From assembly GCA_965233865.1 (NCBI GenBank), contig OZ247587.1, forward strand, positions 96,001 to 160,000: a stretch of DNA of 64,000 nucleotides. Reading direction: 5' to 3'. This document shows positions 29,380-39,792 of this stretch, one piece after another. Every line of letters starts with the position of its first letter. Positions within the stretch are counted from its first letter, which is position 1. The position numbers and the translations under genes are program-made. Below the pieces are notes generated by a model, which did no database searches, was not told the origin of the DNA, and saw only the letters and a list, made by a program, of their open reading frames with translations. Source of the stretch: Candidatus Neptunichlamydia sp. (lineage in GTDB: Bacteria; Chlamydiota; Chlamydiia; Chlamydiales; Simkaniaceae).

Positions 29380-30273
29380 TTATTTTTTTTCCTGTACATA
29401 AGATCGAATATACAAAATCTGATTAGTAAAATCCAAATAGATAACGTGATTTTCGATAAAATCCATCCCCAAGACACCATCAACTCCTTCCATCTCATCC
29501 GGAATAGGGATCAGATGAAGGTCCATCGGACTAAATTCGTGCCCATTCATCCGAAAAGTCTCAGTTTTTAAGAGAGGGTACCCTTTGTCCATTATACCTA
29601 CAGTTTCAGTTTGCAACTGAGCTTTACGTATTGTCCATGTACTTCCAGTATCTACAGCATAATGCTGTCTTCCCTGATCAATTTCTATTTCTAGACAAAT
29701 TGTTTTAGGACTCAGAATAAGTGGAACTGAAAGAAATTCTACGAGATCATAGCCCTCTTTTTTTAAACTCTTAGGTTTGTTAGATAGAACCATCAATTTT
29801 TGTTGGTAGTCTAAAAGAATATTCTTCTTAGTAAGCAGTTGTTGCCCAATAAGCCCTCGAGGAATAATTTTTTTTTCACATAATTCAGAATCTGACCATA
29901 AAAGGGTGCTCTTTTCTGAAGATTGCTCAGTAGCAAACGTATTTCTGAACGTTTGTTTACCTAGTTGAACCTTATTCAGTTTATACTTAGGTTGCTCATA
30001 CTTTTCACCCTTAGCGTTTATCCATTGAGTATTTCCAATTTGTTGTTTAGGAATCTCGTCCATAGCTCGAGAATCTAGGCTCAAACAGAAAATTGAGCCT
30101 AAGTCTACTTTTAATAAATAGGAGTTTCCATCAATGAGAACTTTAACGATTAGCAAGTTTGCATCGGTGAATTCTACGTGAATCCGATCATAGTATTTTG
30201 TAGGGAAAAAAAGCCACGAAATCCCTACCAGTAAGATCGTAGTGATAATTAGGAAAAACCTCTTTTTCACCAT
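29380..30273 (-). CDS. retropepsin-like aspartyl protease family protein (two domains)
   Basis: N-terminal TM; VDLGS and VDTGS motifs; GLIG and DGVLGMDF. Confidence 0.75.
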   Translation of the reverse strand: MVKKRFFLIITTILLVGISWLFFPTKYYDRIHVEFTDANLLIVKVLIDGNSYLLKVDLGSIFCLSLDSRAMDEIPKQQIGNTQWINAKGEKYEQPKYKLNKVQLGKQTFRNTFATEQSSEKSTLLWSDSELCEKKIIPRGLIGQQLLTKKNILLDYQQKLMVLSNKPKSLKKEGYDLVEFLSVPLILSPKTICLEIEIDQGRQHYAVDTGSTWTIRKAQLQTETVGIMDKGYPLLKTETFRMNGHEFSPMDLHLIPIPDEMEGVDGVLGMDFIENHVIYLDFTNQILYIRSYVQEKK

Positions 30274-30479
30274 GATTTTCTGAACTCAACCCCTCCTTTA
30301 GCAGACGTAATTCCATCACTATTGTGGGAAATAGAGTTACTAACCTCAAATGGGAGATTATCTTCTTCATTTGTTAACTCAACGAGAAGCCCGTTCCACT
30401 CTGATTCTGTGTCTCTGCTGTATCCTTCCCATCGCACGACTGTACTTTTTTCGGTGACGTTTTCTAATTCCATGGCCAC
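30267..30479 (-). CDS. short hypothetical ORF, possibly a gene remnant
   Basis: 70-aa ORF overlapping the protease start. Confidence 0.35.
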   Translation of the reverse strand: MAMELENVTEKSTVVRWEGYSRDTESEWNGLLVELTNEEDNLPFEVSNSISHNSDGITSAKGGVEFRKSW

Positions 30480-30544
30480 TTCCGGGTTGGAATTAAAAAG
30501 GGCATTTTAAATTAACATATTAATTAATTACAAGCTCTGTTCTA

Positions 30545-30616
30545 AGTCTAGAGAGAGTAGCTAAATGGTATAATCCAATCCTGTAAGAATGGATGAATTA
30601 CTATGGGTGCTACTTC
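30545..30616 (+). pseudogene. group II intron reverse transcriptase/maturase fragment
   Basis: SLERVAKWYNPIL*EWMNYYGCYF resembles maturase domain X (NPxxRGWxNYY). Confidence 0.6.
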
Positions 30617-30825
30617 AGATTAGGTATTTTTTGGATGCTTGAAGAAGAGAGGGGTTTGCTTTGAAGACACCTATCTTATATATATTTCCAGGATAGAAAA
30701 ACTTATTTTCGTTCTAACAGTCGTATTTTGTTGGAGTCATCTCATAGGAGAGGTAAAGGAGCCCTAAGTTTCTAAATCTTGAGAATTACATTCTATAAAA
30801 AACAAGGATATTTTATTAAAAAGTT

Positions 30826-32274
30826 ATGGAGAAATTGAGACTATTTGTTTTAGCAATTCCTTTTTGTTTTTTGTTTTTATTTTTGTTTGAAAGTTGCACA
30901 GCATTAAAGAAAAGAAAACATGAACCTGAAATGATCGAAACTGTAGACGTTTCTTCTGCGATTGATTCGGCTCTTAGCATTCCAGATTTTGCAGAAGGGG
31001 AGTGGCCTGCATATAATTGGTGGATTCTTTTTGAGGATGGGCAGCTTTCTGAAATTATGGAAGTAGCAATTGAAAACAATCCTGATTTATTAGCAGCGGT
31101 CTCCCGTGTCCGGGTAGCGCAAGAAGAAGCTCAAAAGGCACGCTCTCTTCTTTTACCTCAATTTAATGCAAGCTTCAATGACAATTATAAACACCTCAGC
31201 AAAGATAGCTTGGATAGATTTCTCCCGTCGGAGGTTCCTGCAGTGATTAATCAAGTTTATTTAGCATTAAACTTCGAATATGAAATTGATCTATTTGGGA
31301 AAAATAGACATAAGTACCGCGCGTCAATGGGGGAAGCAAGAGCTCAAGCTGCCGAAATGTCAGAATCTCTATTGATCATTACTGCGATGCTCGCAGAAAC
31401 CTATATCAACTATGCTGCAAATCTTCAAAATCTTCAATTTAGCAGTGCTTTAGCAGAGGCTCAAAAGGTCTATCTTGAATTGACTGAGCTGCGCTTTTTG
31501 AATGGCTTAGATGATCAGATGATGGTAGATTTTGCCAATGTAAAACTTCTTTCTGCTGAAGAGAACGTTGTTGCCTATAAAAAAGAAGCAGATCTTAATC
31601 TTAGCCAAATTAAAATTCTCATGGGGCTAAGTCCCGATGATGGATGGGAGATTACAACTCCAACACTTGCTTTTGACCGGCCATTTCCAATTCCTGAGAA
31701 CATTCCCTTAAATCTTTTATCTCGGCGCCCAGATCTTATGGCTCAAATCTGGACTGTCGAAGCAGCAGCCCATTTGATTAACGCTGCAAAAGCCGCATTT
31801 TTCCCCAATATCAACCTGATTGCAATCGCTGGGTTAGAAAGTTTAAAATGGAATAATCTCTTTACTTTGGATAGTTATGCTGCTGCACTTGCTCCAGCTA
31901 TCAATCTTCCTCTTTTTTCAGGAGGGAAGCTCACAGCGCAGTTAAATGAAAAATATGCAACTTATGATGCTGCGGTTCATGATTATAATGCGCTTCTTCT
32001 TCAAGCAGCTAAGGAAGTTTCTGATCAGATTAAAATTTTAAGAGCAGCAAATCAAGAGAGCGATTTGCAAGGGCAAATGTTTGAAAAAACCATGCACATC
32101 TCGCAGCTGACAAATCAGAGATATGATAATGGGCTTGATGACTACTTAACGGTTATAGATAAACAAGTTGCAGTGATAAACCAGGGGATAAAAGATGTGG
32201 AAAAAGAAAATGAGCGCTACTTAGCAGTGCTTCAATTGATTAAGGCATTAGGTGGTGGGTACCATGACAGATAA
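30826..32274 (+). CDS. efflux outer membrane factor lipoprotein (NodT/TolC family)
   Basis: WW..FED..L, ENNPDL, YEIDLFG, LLSRRPD, LIKALGGG. Confidence 0.92.
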   Translation: MEKLRLFVLAIPFCFLFLFLFESCTALKKRKHEPEMIETVDVSSAIDSALSIPDFAEGEWPAYNWWILFEDGQLSEIMEVAIENNPDLLAAVSRVRVAQEEAQKARSLLLPQFNASFNDNYKHLSKDSLDRFLPSEVPAVINQVYLALNFEYEIDLFGKNRHKYRASMGEARAQAAEMSESLLIITAMLAETYINYAANLQNLQFSSALAEAQKVYLELTELRFLNGLDDQMMVDFANVKLLSAEENVVAYKKEADLNLSQIKILMGLSPDDGWEITTPTLAFDRPFPIPENIPLNLLSRRPDLMAQIWTVEAAAHLINAAKAAFFPNINLIAIAGLESLKWNNLFTLDSYAAALAPAINLPLFSGGKLTAQLNEKYATYDAAVHDYNALLLQAAKEVSDQIKILRAANQESDLQGQMFEKTMHISQLTNQRYDNGLDDYLTVIDKQVAVINQGIKDVEKENERYLAVLQLIKALGGGYHDR

Positions 32275-33421
32275 AGTTGCATCAAACAAGAAGAGAAACA
32301 TGATCTTACTTTGGGTTTTTGCGGGTTTTATCCTGATTGGAATAGCAATCTTTCTGTATTGGTTTAGTATTCTCCGTTTTGAGAAGTTTACAAATGATGC
32401 GTATGTCCATGGAAACATTATTGAACTGACACCTCAGGTTCCTGGAATTGTTACGTCTATTAACGTTGACAATACTGATCTTGTGGAAGAGGGGCAGGTT
32501 CTAATCGAACTGGATAAAACTGATTATCAGATCGCTTATGAAATAAGAAAGAGTGAGCTTGGGGACTCAGTACGCTCAGTTGTGCAGGTGTTTCTTAGAG
32601 TTGAAGAGTTAGAAGCCGAGCTTGAGCAGAAAGATGCTGAGTTATTTAAAGCAGAAAAGGACTATAAAAATCGGGTTAATCTTGTGGGAGTTGGAGGGGT
32701 TTCTCGAGAAGAATTTGAACATGTCGAGGCAAGTTTTTTAGGAGCTCAAGCTGCTCGCAGAGCCACATATTCACTTCTTCAGTCAGCCTACGCAGAAGTG
32801 CAGAACACAACCGTAAGAACACATCCCCTCGTAAAAAAATCGGCAGATGGCGTTAAAGATGCTTATGTTAATCTTCAACGGTGTTCAATTTTAGCGCCAA
32901 GCAGCGGATATGTTGCGATGCGCTCAGCGCAGCTTGGAGAATATGTTGGACTATCCGAGCCCTTGATGGCAATCATTCCTCTAAATAAGCTTTGGGTAGA
33001 TGCTAACTATAAAGAAGTTCAGCTTTCAAAGGTAAGAATTGGACAAAGTGTTCACCTTATCTCAGATATTTATGGGAGCGGCGTGATATTCCATGGGAAA
33101 ATTGTAGGAATCAATCCTGGGACGGGGAACGTCTTTTCTGCCCTTCCTCCTCAAAATGCAACAGGAAATTGGATCAAGATTGTTCAACGAGTTCCTGTTC
33201 GTGTGAGCCTAGATCCGAATCAGTTAAACACACACCCCCTTTGGTTGGGCCTTTCAATGAATGTGACCGTTGATATTCATGATACTTCAGGACCAATGCT
33301 TGCCGAGGCCACGCGCATGAATCCCATCTATCAGACAAAAGTTTACAGCCAGCAAGAAGAGGGATCGATGAAAATCATTGATCAAATCATTGCCGAAAAC
33401 GCTGGCAGCTATGAAAGGTAA
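32264..33421 (+). CDS. emrA: EmrA-type membrane fusion protein
   Basis: TNDAYV, WVDANYKE, FSALPPQNATGNWIKIVQRVPV. Confidence 0.92.
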   Translation: MTDKVASNKKRNMILLWVFAGFILIGIAIFLYWFSILRFEKFTNDAYVHGNIIELTPQVPGIVTSINVDNTDLVEEGQVLIELDKTDYQIAYEIRKSELGDSVRSVVQVFLRVEELEAELEQKDAELFKAEKDYKNRVNLVGVGGVSREEFEHVEASFLGAQAARRATYSLLQSAYAEVQNTTVRTHPLVKKSADGVKDAYVNLQRCSILAPSSGYVAMRSAQLGEYVGLSEPLMAIIPLNKLWVDANYKEVQLSKVRIGQSVHLISDIYGSGVIFHGKIVGINPGTGNVFSALPPQNATGNWIKIVQRVPVRVSLDPNQLNTHPLWLGLSMNVTVDIHDTSGPMLAEATRMNPIYQTKVYSQQEEGSMKIIDQIIAENAGSYER

Positions 33422-34943
33422 TCCTTTAACGGGAACCACTCTTTTTCTGGGGGCAATTGCGCTTTCTTTTTGCACCTTTATGCAAGTTCTTGATTATTCG
33501 ATCGCAAATGTTTCCATTCCTTATATTGCAGGGGACTTAGCAACCAGTGTCAATAATGGAACCTGGGTAATTACCATGTTTGCTGTCGGAAATGCCATAG
33601 CTCTTCCTTTGACAGGACTTTTGACACGTCGCTTGGGGTTGATCCGCGTCATGGTGCTTTCTGTTTCTTTTTTTACCTTATTTTCATGGCTTTGCGGCAT
33701 GTCAATTAATATGAATATGCTCATTATTATGCGCTTTATTCAGGGGGTTGTGGCAGGTCCTATGATTCCTCTTTCTCAAAGCTTAATGATTATGACTTTT
33801 CCAAAAAAAAAGAGAAATCTAGCCCTCGCACTATGGAACATGGTCGCTGTTGTTGGGCCTATTGCCGGGCCTATTCTTGGTGGCTGGATTACGTTTAACT
33901 ACTCGTGGCCCTGGATCTTTTTTATTAATATCCCCGTGGGGATTTTTTGTGTCTTGGTTATCCGCTCTTTATATAAGAAAAGAGAAACGAAGATTGAAAA
34001 AGTTCGTATTGATGGTTTGGGGATTCTTCTTTTGGCTTTTGCTGTCTCTGGACTTCAAATCATTATGGATCAGGGACAAGAACTTGACTGGTGGCGTTCT
34101 AATATTATCATTGCTCTTGCTGCTGTTTCGGTTATCGCCTTTGTTTTTCTCTTTATTTGGGAACTTACACATGACGCACCGATTATGGATCTTCGGATGT
34201 TTAAAAACCGGAATTTTTTCATTGGTACAGTTATTACAGCATTGTCCTATATGGTTCTCTTTGGGGTGATTGTCATTACCCCCCTTTGGCTTCAAGAGAT
34301 GATGGGGTATACAGCACAAGTTGCTGGACTTGCGGTTTCTACAATGGGAATCCTCCCATTTTTCACAGTGATACTTGTGGCAAAACTTATGGACAGGGTT
34401 CGGCTAAAATATTTGATTGCGCTCTCTTTCTTCAATTATGGAGTTGTCCTTTTCTATTATAGCACCTTTACAACAGCTGTTTCCTTTGAGGTCATTGCGC
34501 TGTCAAGATTACTTCTTGGAATTGGAATCTGTACATGGCTTGCTCCAATTACTGCGATTACTTTCGCTCGTGTTCCCGCGGAAAAACTTGCAATGGGGCA
34601 GGGAATGTTTCATTTTCTCAGAATATTAATGGGAGGGGTGGGGACCTCTATGTTTGTTACGGTGTGGGAGAGGAGAGGAGCACATCATCATAGCAACATT
34701 GTCGATAGTATTAATCAGTACAACCCTATTAGTAAAAAGCTGTTTGCTGATTTAAAACAGTATGGAATTATAGGAAAAAAGGCGCTAACCGTCGTTGATA
34801 CTATGGCATGGAATCAAGCGATGATACTTTCTTTAAATGATATCTTTTGGCTGGGAGGATGGGTTTTTATGGTACTTGTTATTCTTTCCTTTTTCTTTAA
34901 GAAACGGGAACACTCTTCTGCTGATCAGCTCTCGCATAAATAA
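33411..34943 (+). CDS. emrB: EmrB-type DHA2 MFS efflux permease
   Basis: FMQVLDYSIANVSIP, WVIT, GPILGGWIT, WIFFINIPVG. Confidence 0.93.
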   Translation: MKGNPLTGTTLFLGAIALSFCTFMQVLDYSIANVSIPYIAGDLATSVNNGTWVITMFAVGNAIALPLTGLLTRRLGLIRVMVLSVSFFTLFSWLCGMSINMNMLIIMRFIQGVVAGPMIPLSQSLMIMTFPKKKRNLALALWNMVAVVGPIAGPILGGWITFNYSWPWIFFINIPVGIFCVLVIRSLYKKRETKIEKVRIDGLGILLLAFAVSGLQIIMDQGQELDWWRSNIIIALAAVSVIAFVFLFIWELTHDAPIMDLRMFKNRNFFIGTVITALSYMVLFGVIVITPLWLQEMMGYTAQVAGLAVSTMGILPFFTVILVAKLMDRVRLKYLIALSFFNYGVVLFYYSTFTTAVSFEVIALSRLLLGIGICTWLAPITAITFARVPAEKLAMGQGMFHFLRILMGGVGTSMFVTVWERRGAHHHSNIVDSINQYNPISKKLFADLKQYGIIGKKALTVVDTMAWNQAMILSLNDIFWLGGWVFMVLVILSFFFKKREHSSADQLSHK

Positions 34944-35084
34944 GGAAGCTATTGGCCTTTGAAAAAAAAGCACCTTTCTGCCACTGGGATGCTGAAAAAG
35001 GTACGCGCAGTTTTTAAGAAAGTGCCAGTGCTGACAAGAGGTTTAAAAGGTATGAAGACGCGGATTTCTTTGCCAGATTGTCTA

Positions 35085-35929
35085 TATAGTGTAGACACAA
35101 GTTTAAATTTGCGATAAGCTGGTTTCTTAAACTTTCAAGGAGAGGTTTAGAGATGATCGTACCAGCGCACAGACGTCACGATATTTCAGATCGAATTTGG
35201 AAAAAACTTGAGCCTTATCTTCCAGGAAGAAGAGGGGTGTGGGGAGGGGTAGCACAGGATAATCGGCGATTTATCAACGCGGTTTTTTGGATTATTAGTA
35301 CCAGAGCTCCATGGCGTGACTTACCTTCAGACTATGGGAACTGGGGAAATGTGCATCGTCGTTTTATCCGTTGGAGGAATAAAGGTGTCTGGGAACTTCT
35401 TCTGGAAAAAGTGGTGGACGATCCTGATTACGAGTGGTTAATGATCGATGCAACCCATATCAAAGTTCACCCTCACGCAGCAGGTGCACAAGGTGGCAAT
35501 CAAGATATGGCTCGGACAAAAGGGGGCTCAACACGAAATTACGTTTGGCCGTGAATTCGCATGGTATGCCGATCAAAGCGATTATTACGTCAGGTACTCA
35601 ATCAGACTACTTTCAGGCCAAACACCTAATAGAGGGAATTAACGCCGATTACCTACTAGCAGATCGGGGTTATGACAGCGATGCAATCGTAACTCAAGCG
35701 ATCTCTCAAGGAATGAAGGCGGTTATCCCTCCCAGAAAAAATAGGAAAAGCAAGAGAGCTTATGATAAGCATCTCTATAAATTGAGACATCTTGTAGAAA
35801 ATGCTTTTTTATATTTGAAGCGATGGAGAGGAATTGCTACACGCTATGCTAAGCACACATCCTCTTTCTTGGCTGCGGTTCAGATCAGATGTTTGGCTTT
35901 ATGGGTAGAAATCTCGTGACTACACTATA
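35085..35929 (+). mobile_element. IS5-family insertion sequence with TA target duplication
   Basis: TIRs TATAGTGTAGACACAAG / CTCGTGACTACACTATA; flanking TA at 35083-84 and 35930-31. Confidence 0.9.
35153..35919 (+). CDS. IS5-family transposase, two ORFs joined by a probable -1 frameshift
   Basis: ORF1 (DNRRFINAVFW, PWRDLP, IDATHIKVH) and ORF2 (GLNTK, LADRGYD, YKLRHLVEN, WRGIATRY); AAAAGGGGG at the junction near 35518-35526. Confidence 0.9.
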
Positions 35930-36032
35930 TAATCTCAGGGCTCGCTGTTTTTTGGTTAATATTTCCCGGGAGTTGCTGGAAATACACTGCTTTGCTTGCT
36001 GGAGAATAGAGATTCAGGTAAAATCATTTTAA

Positions 36033-36923
36033 ATGAAATATGTGAAAATTGACCCTTTTGAAAAACATTTAGAAGAAGCCCTTCCGGATCACCCTTCGCA
36101 GCTCTACTTTATTTTGATGGAAGATCCATTTGAGCGGCGGTACTTGGCGGAGCAGATTGCGGTGTACCTTGGGATTCCATTGACCTGCTGCGAGAGTGAT
36201 GAGCTATTACTGCAGCTTGAATCTCCTTCAATGTTTGCTGAGAAAGGGGTGATCGTTTGTGATGAAATCTCAGCTAAGGAAATTCCTCTTGGAGAGGAAT
36301 GGGTATTAATTGTGACTGGGGCAAAAGCCCCTCCTTTTTTCAAGAAGTTTGAGAAGAAAGCGGTAACCCTCGATCTAACGGGAGAAAAACCATGGGATCG
36401 AAAGAGTCGATTGCAACGTTGGCTCCTTGAGCATGCACGAGAAAAACGTAAGATATTGACTCTTGATGCGGCAGCTTATTTGGTAGAATTTTCCCATACC
36501 GATTTTGCGCTTCTTTTTCAGGAGTTGGAGAAGGCTTTGGTGTATGCCGGTGAAGAAAAAGCAGTGACCCTTGAAATGATCAAAACGATTTGCAGTTTAG
36601 ATCCAAAGCAAAGCGGGTGGCAACTTTCTGAAGCCGTTGTTTGGGGTGGTCCGGTCCACTTAGGGAACACCGATTTGTACGGGCTAGTGGGACAATTGCG
36701 CTATCAGCTGCAGCTAGGATTGCAGGTTGCAAGCGGGAAAGAGCTCCCTCGCGCCTCTCCAAAAAAACTCGAAAAAATTCGGAGAACGGGGCTTGAAGCT
36801 TCGTATTATTTAGAAGGGCTAAAAGAGCTCTTCAATTTAGAACTAAAAATGCGCTCGAATGTGTCAAATCAAGGACTTTTACTTGATCACTTCCGGGCCA
36901 AATTAACAGCGAGACGTAAATAG
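36033..36923 (+). CDS. holA: DNA polymerase III delta subunit
   Basis: SPSMFAE, WL..A....K.L...AA.YLVE, QELEKAL.Y pattern. Confidence 0.7.
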   Translation: MKYVKIDPFEKHLEEALPDHPSQLYFILMEDPFERRYLAEQIAVYLGIPLTCCESDELLLQLESPSMFAEKGVIVCDEISAKEIPLGEEWVLIVTGAKAPPFFKKFEKKAVTLDLTGEKPWDRKSRLQRWLLEHAREKRKILTLDAAAYLVEFSHTDFALLFQELEKALVYAGEEKAVTLEMIKTICSLDPKQSGWQLSEAVVWGGPVHLGNTDLYGLVGQLRYQLQLGLQVASGKELPRASPKKLEKIRRTGLEASYYLEGLKELFNLELKMRSNVSNQGLLLDHFRAKLTARRK

Positions 36924-37612
36924 TGCTTTACCTACTACCAAATTTACTTGGAGAAGACCTCTCCCATAATCCATTTTTGCCACCAAGTATTAATGAAGTG
37001 ATTCAAAACCTAGATGGTATTATCGCTGAAAGTGAGAAAGGAGCGCGTCGTTACCTCAAACGTTTCACAGAAAATTTTCGGGATATCCCTATTCATCTCT
37101 TAAATGAACATACAAAAGAGATCGAAGAGATCGATGCTCTTTTGGCGCCTTTGCAAAAAGGAGAAACCTGGGGCTTGATTTCTGATGCGGGCCTTCCTGT
37201 CATTGCAGATCCAGGAGCCGTGATTGTGAGACGCCTTCACAGTTTGAAAATTCCTGTGGAGACATTTCCTGGACCGTCCTCTATCATTTATGCACTCCAG
37301 CTATCAGGTCTCTCAGCTCAAAAATTCACCTTTCATGGTTATGTTCCCCGCAAAGAGGAAGACTTAAAGGAAAAGCTCCGTACCCTCCCTAAGGGACATA
37401 CCCACATCTTTATCGATGCCCCTTACCGCTCAGACAAGCTTCTCAAAAACTTAGTTAAAGGTCTCCAGGACGAAACAGATCTTTCTGTGTCATTGAATTT
37501 AACACTTCCTAATCAGGAAGTTAGAACCGATAAAATCCTCAAGTGGAAACAAGACCTTCCCACCCTTGGCAAAGTTCCAGCTGTTTTTGTCATCCATGGG
37601 AAAAAAAACTAA
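36923..37612 (+). CDS. RsmI-like tetrapyrrole-family SAM-dependent methyltransferase
   Basis: LYLLPNLLG, GLISDAGLPVIADPG, PGPSS, LSGL, FTFHGY, DAPYR. Confidence 0.85.
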   Translation: MLYLLPNLLGEDLSHNPFLPPSINEVIQNLDGIIAESEKGARRYLKRFTENFRDIPIHLLNEHTKEIEEIDALLAPLQKGETWGLISDAGLPVIADPGAVIVRRLHSLKIPVETFPGPSSIIYALQLSGLSAQKFTFHGYVPRKEEDLKEKLRTLPKGHTHIFIDAPYRSDKLLKNLVKGLQDETDLSVSLNLTLPNQEVRTDKILKWKQDLPTLGKVPAVFVIHGKKN

Positions 37613-37627
37613 AATTGTGTATGACTC

Positions 37628-37723
37628 CTCTCAAATTTAGAGGGGAGTGCGGCGAGGAAACAACTGCTGAGCAGTCCAATCAGCTCACGAGAAGTGATTC
37701 ATATAGTGGTTTAAATTTGAGAG
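37628..37723. repeat. palindromic intergenic element
   Basis: 12-bp inverted ends CTCTCAAATTTA/TAAATTTGAGAG and an inner TGAGC/GCTCA hairpin. Confidence 0.5.
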
Positions 37724-37821
37724 TGCTCACTTATTTAATCCGTTGCGCCATTCGACCTAAATGATGGCGTGTATTGCTATTATCCTGTTCGAGAGGATAA
37801 GGTTGGAGGAATCTGCTTAAA

Positions 37822-38715
37822 ATGAAAAAAATTATATTTGCTGTTGTTTTAACAAGCTTAGTTTATGGAAAACATTCGGTTTCTATTTTATCTACATTTA
37901 GAAATGAATCTCGGTTTCTGAAGGAGTGGATCGAGTATCATAGATTAATTGGTGTCGAACACTTTTATCTTTACAATCACCTGAGTACTGATAATTATGA
38001 AGAGGTTCTTCAAAAATATGTAGGTATGGGAATTGTGACCTTAGAGAAGCATATTAATCAGGATAAACCGCATATAGAAAGAATGCCTAATGGATTTATT
38101 TTAGATGTAGTGCAGCATGCTAATGCAAACCATTTTATGTCAGTGTATGCAGAAAACTCTGAATGGGTAGCGCATATTGATATTGATGAATTTATTGTTA
38201 TCCCAGAAGCCTTTGACTCTCTTCCTGTTTTTTTAAACACTTTGCCTAAAAAGAAAGATGGTCTCGAGATTGCTGCTTTTTGGGTTTATTGGAAATTATT
38301 TGGAACATCAAACATTTATGAAATTCCAACAGACGAATATATTATCAATCATCTTACTTGGAGAGCAAAAATTCAAGACCCAAGTAAGACTGATTTTAAA
38401 ACCATATTTAAACCTGAGTTTTCACTTAATATCCATGCACACAACCCTTGGTCTTATGCTCGGGGGTATACTTATCTTCCACTTCCTTATGAAACGATGA
38501 ATATTAACCATTACACCGTGAGAGACGAGATTTTTTTTTTCCAATCCAAGCTTCCATTTATGAAAAAAAATAGTGAAATTGGTGAAAAATGTAGAACTGA
38601 GGCTGTAGAAAATCCCTGGGAATATTTAAATTATTTGAATGCAGAGCAGGACTTTACTATTCAGAACTGGCTGCGCAAACATGGAGATGAATGGTATTTA
38701 AACTCTTCTTTTTAA
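37822..38715 (+). CDS. glycosyltransferase family 92-like protein
   Basis: FRNESRFLKEWIEYH...GVEHFYLYNH.STD, WVAHIDIDEF, INHY. Confidence 0.85.
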   Translation: MKKIIFAVVLTSLVYGKHSVSILSTFRNESRFLKEWIEYHRLIGVEHFYLYNHLSTDNYEEVLQKYVGMGIVTLEKHINQDKPHIERMPNGFILDVVQHANANHFMSVYAENSEWVAHIDIDEFIVIPEAFDSLPVFLNTLPKKKDGLEIAAFWVYWKLFGTSNIYEIPTDEYIINHLTWRAKIQDPSKTDFKTIFKPEFSLNIHAHNPWSYARGYTYLPLPYETMNINHYTVRDEIFFFQSKLPFMKKNSEIGEKCRTEAVENPWEYLNYLNAEQDFTIQNWLRKHGDEWYLNSSF

Positions 38716-38733
38716 GAGGCATGCAACACCATT

Positions 38734-39792
38734 TTATGTGGATTTTTGCAGCAATTTTCCTTTTTCGATATAGAGTGTGCCGTTTTTATCTTCTTCGGGA
38801 GAGGTAAGAAGAACTTGTCCAAAAGAGGAGAGTTGTTCGCGGAGGGTTTTTGTTCGAGTGGGATCAAGGTGGATCCCAAAGTCATCGATTGCAAAAAGAG
38901 GCGTGATTTCGGTTTGCATTTTGAGCTCATCCCACTCTGCCATTTTAAGAGCTGCAATGCAGGTGCGTTTCTGTCCTTCACTTGCGAAGGATTTTGCCTC
39001 ATGCTTATTGTAGATGATATGAAAGTCATCGCGGTGGGGACCGATCAAGGTGCTTCCAATGATGAGCTCTTTAGACCTCTGCTTCTGGTAAAGAGATTCA
39101 ATTTGATCTTGCTTCTTTAAGGAAATTGAAGGCTCATAATGGAGATCGAAAGTATCTTGATCTCCAGAAAGAAAGCGAGCATAGGTTTCTACTTTAGGTC
39201 GAAGGGCCTCAATCAGTTGTTTGCGCCTATAAATGAGGTATCGGGCCGAATCGGACATCATCTGTTCCCAGCTCTCAATGGCTTGTTCCGATTTGATTTT
39301 TAGAAGAGCATTTCTATGTTTCATCGCTTTGTGGTACCTCATTAAATGGTGAACATAGAGGGGATCTGTCTGAGCAAGCTGAATGTTGAGAAAGCGCCGC
39401 CTTTCTTGAGGGGAACCTGATATTAGAGCACTATCTTTAGGCGAGTAGAGAACAGAAGGAAGGATTCCTAGGATGTGAGAAAAGCTTTGATATTGTGTTG
39501 CGTTGTAATGAACTCTGCGATTTTTTCCATCGAAACCTATTCCTAGGCTTTGCTCAACATTGTCGCGGATAAAGTGAGCTTCAATAAAAAAATGGTTTGC
39601 CCCACTTCGAATAAGATCATTGAGATGCGTTGTTAAAAATGAACGACCAGTACTAAGAAGATACAGGGCTTCCAATAGACTTGTTTTTCCTGATCCATTC
39701 TTTCCACAAATAAGATTTAACCCTTCAGAGAAGGGCAACTCAGCCTTTTCGTAATTTCGAAAATTGCGTAAGATGAGCCCTGTTACATTCAT
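38734..39792 (-). CDS. recF: DNA replication/repair protein RecF
   Basis: NFRNY, GKNGSGKT, GRSF, ERRRFL, GPHRDD, SEGQKR. Confidence 0.95.
   Translation of the reverse strand: MNVTGLILRNFRNYEKAELPFSEGLNLICGKNGSGKTSLLEALYLLSTGRSFLTTHLNDLIRSGANHFFIEAHFIRDNVEQSLGIGFDGKNRRVHYNATQYQSFSHILGILPSVLYSPKDSALISGSPQERRRFLNIQLAQTDPLYVHHLMRYHKAMKHRNALLKIKSEQAIESWEQMMSDSARYLIYRRKQLIEALRPKVETYARFLSGDQDTFDLHYEPSISLKKQDQIESLYQKQRSKELIIGSTLIGPHRDDFHIIYNKHEAKSFASEGQKRTCIAALKMAEWDELKMQTEITPLFAIDDFGIHLDPTRTKTLREQLSSFGQVLLTSPEEDKNGTLYIEKGKLLQKST

Larger units (their letters stand above)
34962..35975 (+). pseudogene. N-terminal remnant of an older transposase, split by the IS5 element
   Basis: Removing the IS and one TA rejoins KKHLSATGMLKKVR...ISLPDCL|ISGLAVF in frame. 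Confidence 0.55.

Noticed and set aside
29376..29498. 41-aa N-terminal extension of gshF
   Set aside because: Overlaps the protease gene; ATG29375 fits better
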